Origin: Adineta vaga
Taxonomy: Eukaryota; Animalia; Rotifera
NCBI GenBank assembly: GCA_021613535.1
Contig: CP075492.1
Coordinates: 3,906,001 to 3,970,000, forward strand
Reading direction: 5' to 3'
DNA: 64,000 nucleotides
Shown here: positions 37,263-48,014 of the stretch, piece after piece
Position numbering within the stretch: position 1 is the first letter of the stretch
Layout of the letters: the number at the start of each line of letters is the position of its first letter
Notes under the pieces: generated by a model
What the model saw: the letters and a program-made list of their open reading frames with translations, nothing else
What the model was told of the DNA's origin: nothing
Database searches by the model: none
Made by a program: the position numbers and the translations under genes

Positions 37263-37851
37263 TTATTGAGTAGATAGGTTTTTGTTAGCATCAATCAATC
37301 GAGCTAATTCAAAGCATAATTTTATCGACATTGCCCATAAAAACAAAACCAAATCTCCTACATTAAAATCAGGATGATCCAGTTGCTCATGAATCTTCAC
37401 ACCTGAGATTCTTAAAATAAATAAAATAAAAACTATTACGAAAGATAAACAGAAAATTAGCTGGAACAATCAGAATCCATGCTACCTAAAAAATGAGAAG
37501 AAAGGTGAAAATTTCTTCATTTTTCATTGAAACAAGAATCAAACATACCACACGTAAACCTATTGGGCGATGGCTATATATTACATAAATAGCAAAGGCA
37601 TAGAATGCACCTGATAAAAGTTCTTCAATAAATTGGGAAGTAGAATATTGAATATATATTTAATACCTGTAAGGTTCAAAGATCATGAAACTGATAATTA
37701 AATAAAAAAACGTGACAGTTTCCCAGAAAAATAGTAACGGCGATGAAAAGAATATTTTGAGTACGATGCATTTCACGATCATTATTAGTTAATGCGATTG
37801 ATGCAGTAGTTGTCATGAATACTTTTTATCCGTTCCTTGTTCGTATTGCAC
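37263..37851 (-). pseudogene. Four-TM family member 7 (pseudogene)
   Basis: Start ATG>GTG, frameshift in exon 1, shortened exon 2 (YSHRPIGLRV), and a deletion joining exons 3 and 4 (CFELARLIDANK). Confidence 0.8.
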
Positions 37852-38776
37852 TATAAATCTGTGAATAAATTGAAAGAAAAGAAGATTTTATAACCTTTTA
37901 TTGTAAAAGTCTTTGGACGAAATGTTTGTTCGTTGTTCGAGCGCTGAAAAACCGTTTAGGACCAATCAAAATCAATGAATAAGACTTAAAATTTTATGTC
38001 CTTTCTGAGCTTTAAAACAGAAATGAGGTATCTCTCTTGATTGAAAAAAAAACAGATGATATTTGAGATATTTGAAAACTATAAAATATATTCCAATTAA
38101 AAATCGATCCTTTCAAATTGAAAGCCGTATAGAAAAAGAGTAGTTTATATGAAAGCGAATACCAATCGTTCACCATCAATCCTAAAATGCTAATGAGTAT
38201 ATCAACATGCTCTTAAAAAGTTTGTTGACTTAAAAAAAGCTGAAGAAAAGAATACAAGTCTCATCGTCTTCGATTTCGCTCATGCGTTAATCAAAGAACA
38301 TATTGATAAAATACATAATGAACAATCATTATCAACTGATTAAATTGATTTTTTTTTGTCATAAAACTTATTGTTAATCGAATAAGAAAACTTCATCTTT
38401 GTGTCAATCAATCAATATCTTTCTTTTTTGATGTTCTATTCACTATTATACTTTTTGTAATAGATAACGAGGGGTTAATGTGAACGAAGATAAAGAAATG
38501 AGCTCGTACTACGCGTGTTCTCAGCGTGATTCGTGCGTACATACATCACCGATACGAAACGGAACGAAAAGAAAAATTACTAAATGATTCATCAAAGAAC
38601 AGAAAGAAATAGATACATAGATTCTATCTTTTGTTCTTCTATTTGTCGATCAAATGAAATCGACCTTTGATAAGTGTACTTTCATAGACAGATAGACAGA
38701 GATAAGTCGCATACATATATAATAGACATCCGTGACATTGTTCTTTTTTACAGGTTTGTTTGCTTGTAGACTAAAA

Positions 38777-40218
38777 ATGGATTCTTACGATGATATGAAT
38801 CGTGTTTTAATTACTGACGATGTTGATTCACAGTGTGTGGATATGTTAATAGCAAATGGATTTTCAGTCGAAAAAGATATTACATTAGCTAAACAACCTC
38901 TAGAACAATTAATTAAACGAGTTCAAGTATGATTGATATTATTTTCCTTCTTTTTTCATATTTATCTTCATAATTTAGTACTCCTGGTGGAAATACTCTT
39001 TCAGCAGCTGAACATACTTGTGCTTCATTGAAATCAGGTGTTTGGCAACGATCAACGTTTATGGGTGAAGAATTAAATGGTAAAACATTAGCAATTATAG
39101 GTTTAGGAAGAATTGGACGAGAAGTTGCAAAACGAATGCAATCATTTAATATGAAGGTTAGATATTAAATAAATCGATATTAAAGTTAATAGTTTTTTTA
39201 AAATCATTTAGACCATTGGTTATGATCCAATCATCACTGCGGAACAAAGTTTAACACTTGGAGTGTAATTTTTCGAATTAAACGATCTTTGGCCATTAGC
39301 TGATTATATAACTGTTCATGTTTCATTGATGCAACGAACTCATCGTAAGTTAATTTCTTCAAGAAATATATCTGTTTTTATACTATTTATTTTTATATAA
39401 TTAAACAGATTTAATCAATAAGGAAGTTTTATCCCAATGTAGAAAAGGTGTTAAACTAATTAATGTTGCTCGTGGTGGTGCGGCTTTAGATGTCTTCGAA
39501 GAAGAACCACCCGTTGATTTAAAACTTGTTCAACATCCTGGTGTGATTTGTACACCACATTTAGGTGCAAATACACGTGAAGTACAAAAACGTGTTGCTA
39601 TTGAATTAGCACAACAAATCATTGATTTTAAACAAGGTCATTCATTAATTGGAGTAGTCAATGGATCAGCTGTTACATCACAATTTGGTCAAGGCAATCG
39701 ACCTATTCTATTACTTAGTAAACGATTAGGACAAATTATTGGAGCATCATCTTCATCAACACCTAAACATATATCCCTTTCATATAATTAAATCTTTTCT
39801 TTTGTTTTAGATGCTGTTTCAAGCATTTATTCCAAGCTCAAGCATATGAAATATTGAAGAATTTCTTTTTCAATTGATCTCTTTCATTTGTAGATAGATA
39901 TGGTAGTTGATAAAAACCAAGAATTAAATAACGTTCTAGCCGTTCGTGTAACAGGTGATAATGGAATAAAAGAATTATCTGGTATTGTTCTTGGTGATCA
40001 TCTTTGGTTAGATAGTATGAATCAATGTCGTTTCATTGTTCATGTTCCACTTGATGATGAAAAAGCTCATGTCGTTGTTCATCCAATACAAGGATCATTT
40101 GTAGATCATCTTCGTGACAATACATCGAAGTATCAGAATCGTATATCGGCTGTGTTCGATTCAGGATCACAAACGGGAAATAGTCAAGATGAACGATGGT
40201 GTGCATTATACTTATATA
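38777..40218 (+). pseudogene. PHGDH pseudogene (copy 3)
   Basis: Exon 2 is deleted. In-frame deletions of 42 and 54 nt, nonsense GAG>TAA at ~39266, exon 6 largely deleted, frameshift near the stop. 3' flank to ~40500 is nearly identical to 30700-30980. Confidence 0.9.
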
Positions 40219-41696
40219 ATTCAATGAACACATACAAAAGAAAAAAGAATCTTCTCTCAAAGCTTTTTAAACAATAATAAAGATTAATAGAATGTATTGT
40301 TTGTTCGATCTATAAACTCAATTAAATCTTCATATATATTCTTTAAAATCGTCTAATTTAATTTGTGTCTATATTACGCAATTTGATCTCATTTAACATC
40401 ATTCATGGACAAAATCTTCCCTTTCTCACACATATGCTTCTGTAAACTTAAAAAATGTTCTTATCGTTGTTTTGTTTTCGAACAAAAGAAATGATGAGTT
40501 TTTTCGAGAATGAAAATATTAATTAAATAGTCAATTTTGTCATTAGATATATCTATTATCAATAGTTTACTCATGGATTTTTGTACTTACACTTAACCTT
40601 ATCAAAAGAATAAAAAAAGACATATCAATTGTTCAAAAGAGATAATTATATTGCACTTAATAACATTCATTCCAATTCAATACTATTTTCATAAATATTT
40701 CTATCAGATCTTTTCTAATCTATTGAATTACAGTGAGTAGTTATATTTTCTCCTATCGGCTCATTTGATATAATCGAAAATAGATAACATCAGCAGCAAT
40801 CTTTATATAGAATTTTTATTATTATCTGGTTTAATAGATATTTATGAACGGACAATGATACAGAATTCAAAACGTGAATAATTCTTGTATTTTATTTTTT
40901 TTGTACGCTGGGGTTTTATTAAAGAGACTTTTGTCTACAGGAGAGAAAAAGAAACGAAAGTTACAATTAAGTATTGTCTCGAAGGAACCCATTATTGAAT
41001 CGAGATTGTCTGGAATCATATTCATGCATCGCTGTTCTTTGCTTTAATTGCGACCAGCAAATATTCCGATTGAAAAATACAACACATTTAATTGGTATTC
41101 CTTGATAGTTAAAAATTATCAATTATAGAAAGTATGAAGAGAAAAGAAAAAAGTAGAAAATTAATACTGACTTTGTCGATTTGATGAACATAGAGATGGA
41201 TCAATGCAGGGCTCACTGAAATGTCGTTTACCAATTCGAAGAAATGTGTGATATCGTGCAAGTTTCGGAATGTGATAAGATGGCGAGACAAGTGGAATCG
41301 ATATTAGTAGAGCAAGAACAAGAAGCAACATGTTTTAGTATTAGTGATTCCAGGACGCATTCATTGATGCTGCTATTAGAATCATATATAGTCAATTATA
41401 AACGAACGCGAATCATACGACTAATCGAGTTTCAGAAAAAGAGACAGAAAAAGGGAGAGAAAAAGAAAAAGGAAACAAGTTTATACCCGATGAGTCGATC
41501 GATCATGGACGGACAAGTGGGCAGATGACATCATCAGTATTTTGTTCTGATCGAATAAAAAAAATATGAGAGAGAAATATACAGATCCTCTTCTCATATC
41601 CGGTAGTTCTCTTCTTTTCTTTTAGCCTCTAGCACGAGATTGGAACGATCAGATTTATTGATAAAGAAAAAAAAAGAACACAAAACAGAAATGTGT

Positions 41697-42735
41697 TTAT
41701 GTCTTGAATCGAACTTGTAATTGACGGCCATGGAATGGAGTCGCATTTAAACTTTGAACTGCCATCTGAGCTTCTTGATATTGTTCCATGGCGACAAATG
41801 CGTATCTAAATAGAATATATAGATATAGATATTTCAATGCAAATGATCACCATTAAAAATAAATTTTACCCTTTGCATAAACCAGTATTAAAATCAATAA
41901 TAATATCAACACGAAGAACACGTCCAAATGGTTGAAATAACGCATAGATTTCTTCTTGTGTAGCTCGTTGTCCAATGCCATAAATATAAACGACATGGCC
42001 ACCTTTAGGAGATTCGGGTGGTATAACTTGTTGACCAAAGTCACCAAAAACAGCTTGTTGTGCACCTGCAGGTCCATATGAAGATGGTTGATGTGCACTA
42101 TAATATCCGGCATACATATCAGCAGCTTGTTGTTGATAATGATGAGGTAAACCAAACGGATTACTGAATGCTGCATACGCAGATTGACCAGCAACAGCAG
42201 CAGCAACGCCATTATTCCATTGACCTTGAAGTTGTGAAGCATTTCTTGCTTGATAACTAGCCGATTGAGCACCCATTGGATCGAATCGATTACTTCCATA
42301 ATTTCTTTGTTGTTTTAATTTAAATGTATTACTTCCTGTTTGATTGGAACTACCTCCATTTGAACTTATTCCTTGTCCACCTCCGTAAGCGCTCATTGAT
42401 GGTCGATTACTCGTAACAGTTGTTGAAATTTGATGTTGAGGGTAAGATTCATTTCTTTGTTCATTATTCTGTTGCGATGAATATTCTCCTCCGGTGTATT
42501 CATTAGAACCACCTGTTTGTTGTTGCTGTTGTTGAGGTTTGGTTGTCCCGTTATCCCTTTAATGAGAAAATGAAAAATATTTTGCTTCGAATTTTAATTT
42601 TGTTTGAGTTTTGAGGTAAAAAAATGAATGAGAGATTAATTCGACAATAACAAAAAAAATCAACGCGATTTCGGAGAAAAAAGTGGATTAATACTCTCTT
42701 TGTTTCATATCATTTCTCTATTTTCTAACTCACAT
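41697..42735 (-). CDS. Single-RRM RNA-binding protein, ELAV RRM3-like, with Q/G/S-rich low-complexity N-terminus
   Basis: RNP2 VYIYGI and RNP1 CKG|YAFVAM, ending QVRFKT*. Hinge-like RFDPM. Start codon appears split AT|G across intron 42733-42558. Second intron ~41869-41806. Confidence 0.82.
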
Positions 42736-45262
42736 AATTAGGAGCGGCTTTGAAGACTCGCTTAGTCACAGCGAAAGTTTCGATAGAATAAAAGAGGAGA
42801 CAAAAATCTAAAAATAGAGGAAAAAAAAATCCCAAAAAAAAAATAAAAAAAAAAGTTCTTGATAAAAATGAAAAACAGGGATAATGTTGATTACCCGTCA
42901 TTAATTTCATTAGTTGGATGAAATCTAGAAAGAGAAAAGTTTCAAATAATTGTCTTTTAATTTTGAAATTATTCATTTCACATCGTCATATTCAATTGCC
43001 ATTGATTTAAGTTGAAAATTCACATTCGAAGGAAAAAACCTTGAAAAGATAAATAATGAAAATCTTCTTTTATTTCATTGTTTTTTTCTCGAATTTTATC
43101 ATCAAGTAAAATGTTGTCTTCTTTGGTCGAATACCTTCATCGGAAGGAACACCTTCAAGAAGTATTCATGTCAATGACAAACAAAGTAAATAAACAACAA
43201 CTTGGAAATATTTCACCATTTGTTTAGGTGATGCAACGCGTTGTTTCATTAAATTAATGATTAATAAATGGTCAACGTTTTGATTATTTCATTGTAACTA
43301 ATCATTGATAATGAATGTATGAATGACATGAGTTGATATCATTGTGAAGTATCATTAAGGACGAGTTTTTTTTTTAATCAATTAACTAAACAAATTCAAC
43401 CATGTTGATACATCACAATGTGTCTTGTCCTCCTTTTATCCTTTGTCTTCGGATAGATGTCGCTACAAGATAGTCATATATGATATTTTCTTTTCTGTTC
43501 ATTTTTATTAGAAATAATTTCTATAACATCATGTGTTATGAGAATATTTACGATTATATTCAATTATCACAATAGTAGCAAGGTCAATTTTCTTTCATAT
43601 TTAATATTAAATAATCAAATCAACTTTATACTAAATGTTATTAATTATAGAAACATAGAATATGACTATAATACTTTTAAAGAATTTCGTGCACTTTGAA
43701 TTTAATTGAAGCATTTTTAATATATCTGTATTAGTATAATTCTTTTCCTGTAAAAGTTTTCATTTAATGTCTTTCTGTCAATTAGTTACATTATGATCAT
43801 CATATAGCATTGGACAAATTTAGCATCTTCAAAAAGTAGAGAAACTTGTTATTCCATGATTAATATCAAGAATTTTTATTTATTAACTCTAATATCAAAC
43901 TGAATTGAATGACTTTATATTCTATATAAAATATCAAGTTATTAGTTTTAAAAAAAGCATACGAAGACATTTGGTAATGATACCATAGGTTGAAATTCAA
44001 TTTATTTTCCGAAACGAACCGTATATACTTAAGATTTAGGGTTTTTAACCAAAGCGCCATTCTCTTTGTTGGAACTTTGCTGTGAGTACTATTAGGTAAG
44101 CAAGAAATTCTTCCGTTTTGATACACTATTTTCTATGTAGGTAACAACAGAGCATAGATAGTTGAATTCTTGCCATAGAAAAATACCATTCTAATATCGG
44201 ACAGAAAGAAAAGCTTTCTAGCCAACGTTATGAAATGCATCGATATACTTTAAAATACATAACTTTTGTTCTATAGATGTTTCTATATGGCTATTGATGC
44301 GAATAAGACTTAAAATAGTTTTTAATCGATCACGAATTGCCTCCTAAAGCATATTCTCTTCTATGCATACTGATATTAAAGATTGATATCGATATTATTT
44401 CAGTACTAATACATCAATAGAAGATGATATAGAAATCATAGGTTTTAGATTAATTCATAGTTTTATCTTAAATGAAATCTTTTGTTATCATTTTTGATGT
44501 TCAATTTTGTATGGCAGCATGATTAATCAACAGCAAATATTGAAACTATCATTTGAATAGAGATTATGCTCAAAATAAGAGTACTAACGTCTATCTTGAA
44601 AATCGAAACATACAGCATAGTGTAATTAAATCTATTAAATAATGAATGAATGAATGTTATGTGTTTAGGCTTTCATAATCATTGAGCAAATCTAATACCA
44701 ATAGTTTTAATAATATATTATTGAAGATTTTACTTTTTTTTTATCGTTCGTGACTTTAGAAACGATATCATCTACTGACAGCACATTATTCATTGACAGC
44801 GGGGTACAATGCTTAATACTATGTCAATAATATCATGTTCTATATGATAGATTTTACTTGTAAAGTCTCTATCGAATTCGACATAACCTTCTTCTTAAAT
44901 GTTTTTTCCCCAATTAATAAAACATTCTTTTCGTGAAGTTAGAGCATCGATTTTTTACTAGACATTTTCTGTCTTGTTTCCATTGATGTAAAAGAATGAT
45001 ACTGAAAAGAGAATGCATTTATTTAACACATATCGATAAATTGTTTTTTTTTTCTTTCAAAATTCGTTTGAAAATGAGAAAATAATAATTCTATAATTAT
45101 TTTTCTGCTTCTTTCTTCATAACAAATCATTCATTCATTCATTCATCAAGTAGATGAAATTTTCCGATAAACATGACGAATGGAAATATCATATGACAGA
45201 AACGAATAATTAAATAAACATTTTGTCATCATATAATTGATTGTCTTGTTCGAACGAAAAGT

Positions 45263-46593
45263 CTATATCTGTTGTGGTTGTTGCTTATGAGCATATTGTT
45301 TTATTGAACGCTGAACATAACGACGAGGACAAAGAAGTTTCATAAATGCCAAACGAAATTCTCTTGATGTTAATGCATATAATAGAAAGTTGAGCTAAAC
45401 AAAACAAAAGATATTCAATTAATGTAAGAAAATGATCTAAACATACAGCAGAATTTGTATAACCAAGCCAAGTAAAAAGACGAAAGAGTTGTTCTTTAGA
45501 ATTTTCAAAATTCAAACGAAATACACCGGTAAGAGCGAGAAAAACAAAAAATGGTAACCAACATGCAATGAATACGCCCATGACAACACCTAAAACTTTG
45601 GTTGCCTTATGTTCACGAGAAAATCGTGACCAAGTTTGTGTACGACGAAGTCTACGTAGACGATGAACAAATAAAAGAGGAAAGGAAACAGGTGCAAGTG
45701 CAGAATGTGTAGTTGATGTTGTTAAACGTGGAAGTGATGGTGATCGAGAATATTTTCCTCGATGTATTCTTAAGGTTATCTTCTCTGGTGTATTCGATAT
45801 GGCATTGATATTTTCGATAGTTGTTGCTGCTGAAAGATTTCGACTTTTTGAAGAACGAAAACAAAATCGAGGTATTAATGGCGATAATTGATATGTTTCA
45901 CCGCTCGTTGTTTGTTTATAACCTTGTCGAAATGCAATCATTTGTCGACGAGCAAAAATTAAAATTCGTCCATAAACAAATACCATAATTAATAATGGAA
46001 TATAGAAAGAAACGGAAGATGAAACTAAAATAAATACGGGATCAGAAGGAAATTCACATCGTTCAGATTTTGTTTCATTAATAAAAGTTCTATTCGATAC
46101 TAAAAAGAAACTTTTCTGAGCTTTTACATATGTTTATAAATAATAAATTACCGAATGAAGTACTTTGTCCTCCTAGAACCATTATTGTTGGACCGGCAAT
46201 AATTGCTGAACAAAACCAAATACCTGCAATAACAATTGATGAATGACGAGCTATAAATGATCGTGGATATCGAATAGGTGAAGTAATTGCTATATATCGA
46301 TCAAGTGCGATAACACATAAAGCAAGAATGGATGCTGTTGATGCTCCAACATCGGATATATGCCATAGTTGACATAAAAAATGAAAAGGAGAAGGAGTTA
46401 TTAATTCAAAACAAATCGCTAATGGAATAACAATTATTCCAACGCAAAGATCTGCTACTGCCAATGAAACAATATAATAATATGTTGCTGAATGTAATGT
46501 TGTTTCCCGATAGACAGCTAGTATAACCAGAAGATTACCCAATAAAGTTAAAAAACATATAAAAACTAATAGCCAAATTGCTGGAAGAATCAT
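45263..46593 (-). CDS. Class A aminergic GPCR, invertebrate dopamine receptor (Dop1R2/INDR)-like
   Basis: GNLLVI, SLAVADL, TM3 Asp in WHISDV, ALDRY, TM5 SSSVSFYIPL, ITLRIHRG, REHKATKVLGVVMGVFIACWLPFF, WLGYTNSA|LNFLLY. Three exons (~46593-46152, ~46089-45447, ~45395-45263). Confidence 0.88.
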
Positions 46594-48014
46594 TTTTATT
46601 TTCTTAATATGTACTTTGATATGAAGTGATCATTAGTTGTAGTTGTCGAACTTCATCCTTATTCTTCTTTGTGTATTAAGAGTAATTCTGTCTGTCTAAT
46701 CATGAATAGGAAAAAAGAAGTTCATCGCCGTCGTTCTAATATCATTGATTGTTCTCTTCTTCCTTTCTTGGTTCGTTTCTCTTGAACAAAATGATGATCT
46801 ATATAGAACAAGTTTCTCTCGCTCGAGTGATCGATGATGACGAAGGTCGGTGGTAAGAAAAAGCGACAACTCGGATTCAATTACTGATAAGGCGCGTGTG
46901 ATCTACATACAACCCAATTAAACTGATGCAAGAGACGTTCGATATAGTTAACGTTTCGTTGTTTTCTTCAGTATTCTCTTTTGTACAAGCTACATATATA
47001 TATCTCTATAATAATATTCTCAAGGTCGTACATCGACATACAATTTCACTCTTGTATTATCATCCGCTTCTTTTTCATACCAACTGGTATGTATATCAAT
47101 GGGAAAAACATCTTAAATGACATTTATTGACGACTATTAATCTTTTTCCTACATCTATCTTATGTTTATTTGTCGACATTTACATCGAGAAGAAAATATA
47201 ATTATATCTTGTTTTGGTCTTATCCAAATAATTGATTTTAACTAAAATAAAAATGAGAAATGTTCATTCATTTTCAATAATATCTTTTCTTGATAGAAAT
47301 GACATTTATAGATATTCTTTCATATGATTTTCTTAAGAATAGAAAAAAAAACAATTATTCTTATCGATCGATTAGTTCTGCATGATTAAATGATTGATAT
47401 CAACGGACAATTTCTAAGATCAATATCATTGATATAAGCTAATAACATTAATCGAAATGTACTACTCAATTTCCGATTACAATAATATTCAAGATGATTC
47501 GTTTTATAAATATCTCGTCATGTTCATGATCATCATAGTTCGAAATGAATGTTTCCTTTCTTAAGTTCAAATTACAGAAAAAAATATTGATTAATAATGA
47601 TACAAGAAATCATTAGTATTCATGACAAAACAAAATCTTAGATTGAATGAACAGTAATTAAAACTATATTCTTTCATTGAATACAGAGAAGATATTCATG
47701 TCACGGATTCGATTTTGTCCTTTTTTTTCAAAACATTATTATTAAGAAAAGAAGAATAAAAGAATTCTTGTTCCTATAAACTGTAACATTAGTCTTTTAT
47801 TGATTGGAATATTTTCGAAAATAGTAGATATGATCATTCCTGGCCCGTTGATTCATTTTTCTTTATAACGTCGCCATTACTTCAGACAACGTCATATAAC
47901 ACGTGAAACGTGTGAATATACGGGAGAAAGAAAAGAAAAAAAAAGAAAAAGCTACTATGGCGATGTAGCAATGTAATATTTGATAAGTTTTTGGTATAGT
48001 GCACTCAAAGAGCT

